Source of the DNA: an uncultured Gammaproteobacteria bacterium
GTDB lineage: Bacteria > Patescibacteriota > Patescibacteriia > Magasanikbacterales > GWA2-37-8
NCBI GenBank assembly: GCA_964634875.1
Contig: CAZWKA010000002.1
Span: forward strand, 79,590 to 143,589
DNA: 64,000 nt
Direction of reading: 5' to 3'
The notes under the pieces were generated by a model. It did not search any database and was not told where the DNA came from. It worked only from the letters and a program-made list of their open reading frames with translations. The translations under genes were made by a program, and so were the position numbers. Below are positions 19,105 to 28,375 of the stretch, piece by piece. The number at the start of each line of letters is the position of its first letter. Position 1 is the stretch's first letter.

Positions 19105-20325
19105 ATGTCCAACTTTTTTTTACACTTCAAGTACGTACATCACATAGCCCTTAGTTTACTTTTCCTGAGTTTACTCCTTCTTGGTATCGAGGGTCTGCTG
19201 CGCCTTAAGGTCGGGACAGCACACATTGATGACATTGGATATATTAAAAAAAATGGGCTGGTTTTTCTAGAACCTAACGCCGATCGAGTGGTTACCGGTG
19301 GCAACTTTCAGCCTATCCACGTGGTAACGAACGAGGACGGATTCCCAACTCGAAACACAACACTTACGACACCAACAGGCACTATCCGTATCGCGTTTAT
19401 GGGCAACTCTTTTACAAAGGGTTTTGAAGTTGATTACACAAAAAAATTCACGAGTCGCGTCGAGCAACTCATGAACGAGGCTGGCGCCCCCAAGAGTCAA
19501 AAATATGAGGTACTCAATTTTGGTAATGGAGCCTACACTTTTGTCGAGCAATTGTTTATATATGAAACTTTTGTTAAAAAATACCAGCCCCACTATGTTT
19601 TCTTAATTACCTACCCTCCAACCGATCTGTATCGTAACGACCTTTTTAAAAATCACAAGGATTATATACTCAAGACTCCTATTGCCGCGCTGACACCAGA
19701 AAAAGTATCACTAATAAGCACCTCCACTTCTACAACACCAACTTCTACCTGGGAATTAACTCGTTTTAAACGCAGGATTTTATCGGGTATTTCAGAAAGA
19801 ATTAATCGTTTTGAAAACAACTCAAATTCTTTTATAAAAAAGATGCTTTACCCTGCAAATAATCTACTTACCCGCCTGGGTAACATCGATAACGCTACAA
19901 ATCAAAAGGATGGGCAGTTTATCGACCTGACGTTTACCTACATGGATCCTCGCTCACAAGAGGCTGAGGAAGCCATCCTTTTTTCTTCCAAGCTAGCGCT
20001 CAAACTGGGTCAGGCAGTCAAAAAGGATGGAACTCATTTTGGTTTTATAATTATCCCGAACTACTGGCAAGTAGATCCTAAATACAGCGAGAAACTTGCC
20101 GTTGAACAGCCAACCCTTGAACCGGGGCGTTGGAATCGCATGTTTAATGAAACTATTGGCAAAATTTATCCAATTTTAGATTTGTATGAGCTATGTCGAC
20201 GCTCGATTGCCGAAGACCATATACAAATGTTTATTCGAGACACCGGACATTTTACACCAACCGGCCACGAAATAGTTGCTCGTGAAATTCAATCTTTTAT
20301 TACTCAGACATTTAAAACACCTTAG
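19105..20325 (+). CDS. SGNH/AlgJ-AlgX-like O-acyltransferase accessory protein
   Basis: N-terminal TM, GNSFT block I, DTGHFTPTGH (DxHx) block; follows MBOAT. Confidence 0.72.
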   Translation: MSNFFLHFKYVHHIALSLLFLSLLLLGIEGLLRLKVGTAHIDDIGYIKKNGLVFLEPNADRVVTGGNFQPIHVVTNEDGFPTRNTTLTTPTGTIRIAFMGNSFTKGFEVDYTKKFTSRVEQLMNEAGAPKSQKYEVLNFGNGAYTFVEQLFIYETFVKKYQPHYVFLITYPPTDLYRNDLFKNHKDYILKTPIAALTPEKVSLISTSTSTTPTSTWELTRFKRRILSGISERINRFENNSNSFIKKMLYPANNLLTRLGNIDNATNQKDGQFIDLTFTYMDPRSQEAEEAILFSSKLALKLGQAVKKDGTHFGFIIIPNYWQVDPKYSEKLAVEQPTLEPGRWNRMFNETIGKIYPILDLYELCRRSIAEDHIQMFIRDTGHFTPTGHEIVAREIQSFITQTFKTP

Positions 20326-20399
20326 TATTTTTTATACTTTCCTTGTCAGCGTGACTGGTTTTTGATACGATGTCGCTATCTTGTTTATCTATTTCAACT

Positions 20400-21128
20400 A
20401 TGGAATCTAGCCGGCCCGACATCTCCATTGTGATCCTCTGTTACCGCTCCGAAGACTTTGCACCGATTTTTATTCAGGAGGTCGAGAACAGCCTTTCCAA
20501 GACCAACCTTACGTACGAGCTCGTGTTAGTTGCTAATTTTTTTCTCAATCCAGAAAAAATTGATCGAACCGCCAAAATTGTTACGGAACTAGCCAAGGAT
20601 AACCCCAGACTCATTGTAGTGGCCAAAGAAAAACAGGGAATGATGGGGTGGGACATGAGAACAGGTCTGGATGCTGCAAACGGCAATACCATTGCCGTAA
20701 TAGATGGGGACGGACAAATGCCTCCGGAAGATATTATTAAAGTTTATCGCGCACTTAACAGCGGGCAATTTGCAGTCGCAAAAACTTATCGCGACCAACG
20801 TTTTGATGGTGCCAAACGCCGCATTATTTCAAAAGTCTACAACCTTTTGCTCAAATCATTGTTCCCTAAAGTTACAGTATGCGACGTTAATTCTAAACCA
20901 AAAATCTTTACACGTGAGGCGCTCCAGAAACTCAACCTTACCTCAGACGACTGGTTTATTGATGCCGAAATTATAATCCGTGCCAGCTATCTCAACCTAC
21001 CAATTAATGAGATCGCTACCCAGTTTCACCCCAATAAGCATCGAAAATCTTTTATTCGCCCATCAGCTATACTAGAATTTTTAAAAAACTTAGTCCGCTA
21101 TCGATTGAAGATGAGCTTTAGTAAATAA
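20400..21128 (+). CDS. GT2 glycosyltransferase (polyprenol-phosphate GT-like)
   Basis: ISIVILCY, IDGDGQ, DVNSKPK, WFIDAE. Confidence 0.85.
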   Translation: MESSRPDISIVILCYRSEDFAPIFIQEVENSLSKTNLTYELVLVANFFLNPEKIDRTAKIVTELAKDNPRLIVVAKEKQGMMGWDMRTGLDAANGNTIAVIDGDGQMPPEDIIKVYRALNSGQFAVAKTYRDQRFDGAKRRIISKVYNLLLKSLFPKVTVCDVNSKPKIFTREALQKLNLTSDDWFIDAEIIIRASYLNLPINEIATQFHPNKHRKSFIRPSAILEFLKNLVRYRLKMSFSK

Positions 21129-22899
21129 TTTGATACAAAAACAAATTATTATGAGTGTAGATTAACTTCTTATTTGCAATGAAGGAAAGATCCCATTCTG
21201 GATGGGCGGCACGATCCCAAACAATATAGTTTGTACCATATTTCTTTAAAATACTTATAATCCCCTCCGGATTATTTATTTTTTTGTACTTTTCAACTAA
21301 ATCTCCTAAAATCACCTTACGTCGCTCTAAAAGCTCGGGATCATTTATGGCTATCCGTCGCAAATAATCATAATAGTCAAAACCAGAACGATACCCCTCG
21401 ATCTGTTTGTATTGAGTTTTATAATATGATCCTTCAATTTTACCAACCATATACTTGTGTACTGATTCCTCTATATTATCTCTAAAGTTCTTATTTAAAT
21501 AATGAAAAACGAAAAAACCTTCTTCAAAGCGCTCTAAAGGCGTGTTGGTAAGAGCCGAGTCGCTATGCCAGAATAAATCATGATTAGTATAAATGGTTAT
21601 GAGATACCCGCTGTAATTATCATTTGCCAAGACAACACTTTGCTCGGGCACTGTGTTTAAAATATCAAGAATAGGCCGATACTCTTGAATATCCTGTGTC
21701 GGACCAATTGATGGCAGAAATGAACGGTACTGACCAACAGCAGTATTTAAAAAAACTACCAGTGTAACCCCAGCAAGCAGCAGCTCTCGCGCCCGCTCTT
21801 TAGCCACAAACTGCCAAAGTAAATAAAAATTAACGATAATACCAAGGGGAACGATAAAATACCAATAATAATGACCGATTTGGAGCGATTTACCTGTAAT
21901 AACCTGCTGGTTAAGCGCAACCCATCCAGTGAGAATTATCCCCAAAAGTAACCACTGGTGTTTATTTACCTTCTTGAGAATGATAAAAATAAAAAACCAG
22001 AGCGCTAAAGACACCGCTCCTATCTTACTAAAGATTGGCTGCCGAGTATGACTTGACCAATGGTAGTAGTCCGCCTGCTCTCCAGCGGGAGAAAGAAAAA
22101 ATTTACTCATGGTAAAAAGTTGGTAAGAACCCAATAGAAGCCCTACGCCTGTAATAAGAACGATATGCTTAACAAATTGCCAATCGCGCCGATATAAACA
22201 AATAAGGAATAAAATTCCGTTAAGCGCCAAGGCAAAAGTCCACGCAAAAAAATAAATATAAAATATGATTCCAAAAGTAATGGCGGCAAACAAAATAGCT
22301 ATGCGCTTTCTGGTTATGAAACTCCGGACCAAAGCGTTAAGATAAATAAAAAAGAAGAAAAAACTGGTAAACGGTATCATGGTTCGACCGTACATATTAT
22401 AGTCACTGTAAAAAAGGGTTTTATTATAGACGATATGATACCCGCCCACTATAAATAAAGCAGTCAGGGCAGAGAGTCGTCGGTCGCCTGACAATTGGTA
22501 AACTACTGCATACATGAGAATAATAATCGCCCAGACAATAAAAAAGGTGTAGATGTGTATAAGCAGTACGACATCGATATTTTGACTGATTCCGAGTATT
22601 GTAAACGGCGCTAGCAAAATTTTTTCTCCATACATGAAATAAAGATCTTCCTTGTCTTTACCCTCACGCAATAACGTATTACCCAACGGTTTTTTTTCAG
22701 CAACTTCTTTAACGCGCACCATGTAAATCTGGGCGTCCGAAGGAAAACGAGCTAGATTAATTTTTTGATACGTATCCTTGGTTGCGAGCGGAAAAATAAT
22801 TACTGGAAAAATAATCAAAAATGCCAAAAAAGCACCTGTGACACCAATAAACCAATGTTCTACAAATAAATTTTTAATACGAGCAAAAAATAGTAGCAT
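21118..22899 (-). CDS. Multi-pass membrane protein, possible GT-C-fold glycosyltransferase
   Basis: About 11 TM segments, early loop Asp (SDAQIY), soluble C-terminal domain ending ILKKYGTNYIVWD. Confidence 0.5.
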   Translation of the reverse strand: MLLFFARIKNLFVEHWFIGVTGAFLAFLIIFPVIIFPLATKDTYQKINLARFPSDAQIYMVRVKEVAEKKPLGNTLLREGKDKEDLYFMYGEKILLAPFTILGISQNIDVVLLIHIYTFFIVWAIIILMYAVVYQLSGDRRLSALTALFIVGGYHIVYNKTLFYSDYNMYGRTMIPFTSFFFFFIYLNALVRSFITRKRIAILFAAITFGIIFYIYFFAWTFALALNGILFLICLYRRDWQFVKHIVLITGVGLLLGSYQLFTMSKFFLSPAGEQADYYHWSSHTRQPIFSKIGAVSLALWFFIFIILKKVNKHQWLLLGIILTGWVALNQQVITGKSLQIGHYYWYFIVPLGIIVNFYLLWQFVAKERARELLLAGVTLVVFLNTAVGQYRSFLPSIGPTQDIQEYRPILDILNTVPEQSVVLANDNYSGYLITIYTNHDLFWHSDSALTNTPLERFEEGFFVFHYLNKNFRDNIEESVHKYMVGKIEGSYYKTQYKQIEGYRSGFDYYDYLRRIAINDPELLERRKVILGDLVEKYKKINNPEGIISILKKYGTNYIVWDRAAHPEWDLSFIANKKLIYTHNNLFLYQIIY

Positions 22900-22904
22900 A
22901 TATC

Positions 22905-23585
22905 TTATTTGTCATGTTTTTGTACCAGCAGATGAAACGTATTAAAGTAGAGCGAGCGGACAAATACTTTATACACTGGGCGAAGCAGCCAGTGTAACCT
23001 CGGAAAAAGTTGTCGGAGCTTTGCTTCTCGTATATCCGCGACACTAAAACCGCATTTTTTCAGGAGCTCACACGCTCTGGTATATGTAAAATAATGCATA
23101 CCTCCGAGCGTTTGACGTCCAGCAACGCCGTCTTCTTTGCTTTTACCAAGAAGAATCAACAAACCATCAGCCCACCGACGAGGCAGCCAGTTAATGCCCC
23201 ACATATGGTAATGGTAATCATACACGCCAAATCGATTGTGAAAACTAATATACGCATATCCCCCCACTTTTAGCACACGAAACATTTCACGCAGAACTTC
23301 TGAAGGGTTTTCCACATGCTCAGTAACCTCGGAGCAATTCAAGAAGTCAAAGGAGTCGTTCTCAAACGGCAGTCTTTCAGCAACACCTTCTTGAAGATGC
23401 GCAGCGACTTTTTCTAAATGCGCTCGCTCTTGAGCCTCCCGGACATATTCTGGGTTAATTTCAATACCAAAAACATCATATCCCAGCGCTGCCATAGCAC
23501 AGACAAATTTTCCCTTGCCAGAACCGACATCTAAAACCTTTCCTGAAGGGGGAATAAATTGAGCACAATAACGGGGATGGCTCAT
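22905..23585 (-). CDS. Class I SAM-dependent methyltransferase
   Basis: VLDVGSGKG, LPFENDSFD, EVTEHV, RVLKVGG. Confidence 0.9.
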   Translation of the reverse strand: MSHPRYCAQFIPPSGKVLDVGSGKGKFVCAMAALGYDVFGIEINPEYVREAQERAHLEKVAAHLQEGVAERLPFENDSFDFLNCSEVTEHVENPSEVLREMFRVLKVGGYAYISFHNRFGVYDYHYHMWGINWLPRRWADGLLILLGKSKEDGVAGRQTLGGMHYFTYTRACELLKKCGFSVADIREAKLRQLFPRLHWLLRPVYKVFVRSLYFNTFHLLVQKHDK

Positions 23586-23594
23586 AGCTATAAA

Positions 23595-24317
23595 CTAAGT
23601 ATATAGTCCTTTCCAATAATTAAGTTTCATTTCCCAAAGCTCCTTCAAAGAAGAAAAAACTGCTTGGAAAACCTTTACTCGCGAGTCGGTGTCGTGGCGC
23701 CAAGAAACTGCCATCTGTCGAATTGTAATACCATTAAGGTGGGCAATGTACAAAAGTTCTGTATCAAAACCCCAGCGATTAATCTGAGCCTTAGAAAATA
23801 TAACTTTTGCTGCCGCGCTAGAAAAGCATTTAAAACCACAGGTAAAGTCAGTTACCCCGGGAACAAGTAGGTTTGAAAGAAGAGTAAAACCTTGTCCTAA
23901 AAAAACTCGTATATGCGATTCGCTTTTCGTTATCTCTGAATCTTGTAAACGACGGCTCCCAATTACCACCTGATCTTTTGGCTTTAAAAAAGTAACTAAA
24001 TAATTAAATTCAATCAGAGGTGTCGCAAGGTCTATGTCAAAAAAAACAATCCATTTTCCTTGTGCTGCTTTCGTGCCCTGCCTAATAGCATACCCCTTAC
24101 CTTGGTTGTCGGGATAACTTACAATTTGAAACGAATAGGTGTTTTGATACTTTTTAAGCAACTCCTCGGTAGCGTCAGTTGAACCGTCATTTACAAAAAT
24201 AATCTCAATTTTTTGTTGTGCCTGACTAAAAAACCCGAAGATTTCAGCAATATTCTCATTAATTCGCTTGACTTCATTAAAGACTGGAATAACGATAGAA
24301 AACACAACTGTTTCCAT
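23595..24317 (-). CDS. GT2, dolichyl-phosphate beta-glucosyltransferase-like
   Basis: VNDGSTD, NQGKGYA, FFDIDL, DFTCGFK, WGFDTE. Confidence 0.88.
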   Translation of the reverse strand: METVVFSIVIPVFNEVKRINENIAEIFGFFSQAQQKIEIIFVNDGSTDATEELLKKYQNTYSFQIVSYPDNQGKGYAIRQGTKAAQGKWIVFFDIDLATPLIEFNYLVTFLKPKDQVVIGSRRLQDSEITKSESHIRVFLGQGFTLLSNLLVPGVTDFTCGFKCFSSAAAKVIFSKAQINRWGFDTELLYIAHLNGITIRQMAVSWRHDTDSRVKVFQAVFSSLKELWEMKLNYWKGLYT

Positions 24318-24329
24318 AAAAGTTCCTAG

Positions 24330-25055
24330 TTATTTTTTTTGATAAACCCCCATCAGGGAGACGCCGAAAGGCAGGTTTATATATGGGAGCAGAAAAACTT
24401 CTGTATTGAAAATATAATAAAAAGGAGCATTGAAGGCAGGCATTCTTTCAAAAGAATCCTTGTCCGGTAGACCCAAGTATCGAATAGCTAGGCGCATGAG
24501 TGCGACCAACGGAAAAAGGATGATATTAAAATAACTCACTTTTAGCTCATTCCAACCGCCTTCAAATAAGCCTCTCAGCATTTTTTGATTATACCGTCTT
24601 TGGTGCAGAAGATACTCATCGTGCTTTGACCATAAGAACGAAAAGGCGGGCACAAAAGCGATAAAGACACCACCCTTTTTGAGAACCCGCTGTATTTCAA
24701 CGACAGCGCCCTGATCGTCTTTAAGATGCTCGAGAACATCAAGCGCGATAACGAGATCAAAAGTAGCATCAGCAAAAGGGAGGTGGTTTGCATCACCCAA
24801 ACGCAAATCAGTAAGACCTTTTTCCTTACAAAAGGAAATAGCATGGGGAGAATTGTCAAGCGAAGTAACCGTGCCAAATTTTTCTAACGTCCGAGAGTTG
24901 AGACCGGTGCCACAACCAATATCTAAAATTTTTAGATCACCTTGTTTAAAGGGAAAAAATTTTTTGACCAGCATAACCAGTAATTTGGTTCTCACACGAA
25001 ACCACCAATGTTTTTTTTCTACTTTATAAATTACCTGATAGGCTTCTTGTTGCAT
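24330..25055 (-). CDS. Class I SAM-dependent methyltransferase
   Basis: HWWF, ILDIGCGTG, DVLEH, VPAFSFLWSKHD. Confidence 0.9.
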   Translation of the reverse strand: MQQEAYQVIYKVEKKHWWFRVRTKLLVMLVKKFFPFKQGDLKILDIGCGTGLNSRTLEKFGTVTSLDNSPHAISFCKEKGLTDLRLGDANHLPFADATFDLVIALDVLEHLKDDQGAVVEIQRVLKKGGVFIAFVPAFSFLWSKHDEYLLHQRRYNQKMLRGLFEGGWNELKVSYFNIILFPLVALMRLAIRYLGLPDKDSFERMPAFNAPFYYIFNTEVFLLPYINLPFGVSLMGVYQKK

Positions 25056-25061
25056 ATACTG

Positions 25062-26552
25062 TTACCAAAAAGTATAAAAAGCGACCTGGACTGTCATTAT
25101 CTGCAAGAACAATAACATTAGGATGGCAGAAAAGGATTGTTCGTCTTCACCTTCTAGCAAGCTACTACCAAAATGGATAAAGAAGGGTGCGATGAAAAGC
25201 CAAATTCGACCCACTTCGCCCTGAAATATACCAATAATAAGGAAAAAAAACAAGCTTATTGCTCCACAAGTAAACCACTTACTACGTCGTATAAAACTTT
25301 GGGGTAAACTCGTTACAAAAATGTACACGAGCGGTATCCCGAGATAGAAAAGAAACTCTAAAACATTCATTAAAAAATATGAGCTATACGTTATGACTGA
25401 GGCAAAATTACTCTCCACAATCTCGTTATTATGTCCATAAGCAATAAAAAAATTATGGACTATTGAATACCCACTCCCCTTCCAGAGCGCAACAAAAAAA
25501 AGCACGAACACAAAAACTGTACAAACTACCCGAATTAAAAAAATCTTTCTGGCAGGTTTTTCTGCATCGGAATAAAGGCAATAGAGCAAATATACAAAAC
25601 AGGGAGCTAACAGAGCGAACAAAAAATTAGAAAAAAATGAGTACGCTACGAAGCACCCACCCAGCAGAGCCAAGGGTAGATTATTTTTCCAACCCCAATA
25701 GCACGCCCCGAGTGACAGCCAGACCAGACCGACAAATAGCCCCTCCATTGAAGTGGCAGAAAAAAGGACCAGGCTCGGTAAAAAAATAAGAACCATCGCA
25801 ATCCTTTTTGCGCGAGCCACACCTGCCTCAGCCTTAACCAGAAAATAAGTGACTAGGGGCACAATTCCAGCCGTCATGACTAGTAAAATGGCTAAGCCAA
25901 GATTGCCCACATGAAAGAGTTCTTGCCAAAAATATAATGCTAAAGGATATCCGGGTGGATGTATTCTGACGTGGACAGGTAAAACAGGCAGCAATGAAAT
26001 AAAATCGTGTAAAAAACTAAATGTTCCCTTAATAAAGGGGAGTGCGCCAGTATACTCCCAATATGTCCTGGTAAGAGAGTCCACGATGCTCAACAACCCA
26101 TCCCTAACCCCGGCCACACTTAACGCTAGTGCAACAAAAACAAACCAAATAACAAACAAAAACATACGCTCTGAGAGCGCTTCTATCTTGGAACGAAAAT
26201 AGAAAAAAGCCGAAAAGATTCCAATGGGCAGTAGAAACCATCCAAACCCCTTAATGCGCGGCGAGGGAAGACCGTAAAAAAACCAACGATCGCCCAGATA
26301 ATCCTTATAAAAATGGTGTACACCAAGTTTAGCAAGAATAAAAACCCCAAGAATCACTACTGTGGCTAAAAATAAATGGCGCAATCTCTTATCGCTTCCA
26401 AAGGACTTCCAGTACCACATACCAAAAAATATCCAGAGTACTACGAGGCCGATGAGCCCACCTAGAATAAAAGGTATTTTATCGGACCAAGCCGGGTCAT
26501 ATCCTTGACCTGAAACTTTTTCGATTAAGCGGATGAGAAAAGCATTGTTCAT
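25062..26552 (-). CDS. Multi-pass membrane protein, probable GT-C glycosyltransferase
   Basis: More than 10 TM segments, HPPGYP loop, EVGRIWLF. Confidence 0.55.
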   Translation of the reverse strand: MNNAFLIRLIEKVSGQGYDPAWSDKIPFILGGLIGLVVLWIFFGMWYWKSFGSDKRLRHLFLATVVILGVFILAKLGVHHFYKDYLGDRWFFYGLPSPRIKGFGWFLLPIGIFSAFFYFRSKIEALSERMFLFVIWFVFVALALSVAGVRDGLLSIVDSLTRTYWEYTGALPFIKGTFSFLHDFISLLPVLPVHVRIHPPGYPLALYFWQELFHVGNLGLAILLVMTAGIVPLVTYFLVKAEAGVARAKRIAMVLIFLPSLVLFSATSMEGLFVGLVWLSLGACYWGWKNNLPLALLGGCFVAYSFFSNFLFALLAPCFVYLLYCLYSDAEKPARKIFLIRVVCTVFVFVLFFVALWKGSGYSIVHNFFIAYGHNNEIVESNFASVITYSSYFLMNVLEFLFYLGIPLVYIFVTSLPQSFIRRSKWFTCGAISLFFFLIIGIFQGEVGRIWLFIAPFFIHFGSSLLEGEDEQSFSAILMLLFLQIMTVQVAFYTFW

Positions 26553-27688
26553 AGACTATTTAAAATAAATTCTTTAATCGTTCCCGCACGCATTGGCCAG
26601 GTGTGTGCCGCAAGCGTTGACTTTGCCGCTAATGCCGCGGAAGCAAGCGCAGCGGAGTACTTAGCTGGTTCCAACGTGTCTTCAATAGCCCTAGCTAAAG
26701 CCGCAGGATCATCAGGTGCGCAGAACACCACTTCTTCCACTGAGACAACTTCACGCAGGGCTGGCAGGTCGCTCGCAATAAGTGGCGTACCCGAAGCCAA
26801 GTACTCAAACAACTTCATGGGCGAAGTGTACAGGCGGCTAATTGCCAAACGTGCAGAATTGGGCAAAACTAAAAGATCAGCGGCAGCGTGCCACAGAGGT
26901 ATCCGGGCATGATCTTGCCAGCCCACAATATGTAAGTTAGATCCGGTATATTGCTTTTTAAATCGCGCGATGTCTTGGGCAGTTCCACCAACTAAGTAAA
27001 CCTGATTTTCAGAGGAAATTAGCTGAGCTGCTTGAGCCAGCACGTCAGCTCCTTTCCAGTCGTACAAATGCCCCGTATAGATAATTATTTTTAAATCCTC
27101 AGGCAAACCCAACATCGACCGACAGTCCTTTTTATCTAATTGCTTACCATAATCAGTCAGATCAATAGCATCCCGCGCGACTAAAATTTTCTTAGCCGAA
27201 ACTCCTTCTGCCACCAGCTTCGTTTTAATTCCATTACTAATGACTACTAAACCAGCAGCACGGCTCCACGCCGCCCGGTGTAACCAGGTAATTTTTTCGG
27301 GAATTGTATGGAGTTCGTAAAAAACTTTTGCCCCAGTTTTCGCCAACCACCAAGCACCTACCAGGTCACGCGTAAATACAGCAGCTGTTGTATGGGGTAA
27401 AATTAATTTTTTGGCACGAAAATAAAAACTAAACGTCTGTATCCAAAAACCAAAGGACTTAAAGACTGGCCACGCCAAACCGTCGATACAACCTATTTTG
27501 GTAATACTAAAATTGTTCTTGACTTTATAGAAATCAAAAGGTTCAGAGGTGAGGTGGTTTCTTCGGATCGGTACAACAAGTTCTACTCCTACTCCCGCTT
27601 CTGCGAGCGCCTCACAGGTCTTCATGATCTGAAGGCCGTGCGCTTTTTCGGTAGGCAGACGGATGTTGGCAAAATATATTATTTTCAT
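26549..27688 (-). CDS. GT4 glycosyltransferase
   Basis: PTEKAHGLQI, YTGHLYDWKG, SPMKLFEYLASG. Confidence 0.9.
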   Translation of the reverse strand: MKIIYFANIRLPTEKAHGLQIMKTCEALAEAGVGVELVVPIRRNHLTSEPFDFYKVKNNFSITKIGCIDGLAWPVFKSFGFWIQTFSFYFRAKKLILPHTTAAVFTRDLVGAWWLAKTGAKVFYELHTIPEKITWLHRAAWSRAAGLVVISNGIKTKLVAEGVSAKKILVARDAIDLTDYGKQLDKKDCRSMLGLPEDLKIIIYTGHLYDWKGADVLAQAAQLISSENQVYLVGGTAQDIARFKKQYTGSNLHIVGWQDHARIPLWHAAADLLVLPNSARLAISRLYTSPMKLFEYLASGTPLIASDLPALREVVSVEEVVFCAPDDPAALARAIEDTLEPAKYSAALASAALAAKSTLAAHTWPMRAGTIKEFILNSL

Positions 27689-27701
27689 ATTTTCAGCATA
27701 T

Positions 27702-28367
27702 TTATTTGGTGGCTGAAAAAAAATAGCCTAAAGGAAACTTGTCTTTGTTCATGTTGGGACGAATATACTTCACAAGCCTATCCCCTGCCAGGACAAGCGG
27801 GAAAATAACGATCTTCAAAAATTTCGGCACCATCTGTTCACAATGCGACCAGGCCGCAACGCAGGGGCCTGACCCAAAGGAAATAACCTTAACATCACCA
27901 AAACCTGCAGCGCCGATGATTCGCAACAAAGTCTCCTTGGTATACCGCCAATAGTCGCGAGGATCGGGATGGTAATTGACCAAAAATGGTACCACACCCA
28001 AAAGCCTTCCACCTGGTTTTAAGACCCGTCTGCTTTCAGCTATAACCTGATTGTAATTAAAAATATGCTCGAGAACATTAAACAGCAAAACACCATCAAT
28101 ACTATTCTCCTCATACGGAAGCGCATCTTTTTCAAGATCAACAGACAGTTTTTCGTCATCAATCCCAAGCGCAAAACTTAAATCCAAAAAGTGCAGGTCT
28201 GTACTTGGGGCTTTTTGTAAAAAACGATGATAGCTGGCTAGGTTATAACCACTACCGATATCGAGCACTTTTCCAAAGACGCGGTGGTTAGCACATTCTG
28301 CATTCATAAATAAACGGTAAGTATCTTTGCCGCGCCACAGTTCTTTGAGCTGGGTAAAAAAATCCAT
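27702..28367 (-). CDS. Class I SAM-dependent methyltransferase
   Basis: VLDIGSG, NVLEHI, HPDPRDYWRYT. Confidence 0.85.
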   Translation of the reverse strand: MDFFTQLKELWRGKDTYRLFMNAECANHRVFGKVLDIGSGYNLASYHRFLQKAPSTDLHFLDLSFALGIDDEKLSVDLEKDALPYEENSIDGVLLFNVLEHIFNYNQVIAESRRVLKPGGRLLGVVPFLVNYHPDPRDYWRYTKETLLRIIGAAGFGDVKVISFGSGPCVAAWSHCEQMVPKFLKIVIFPLVLAGDRLVKYIRPNMNKDKFPLGYFFSATK

Positions 28368-28375
28368 AGAGATAA

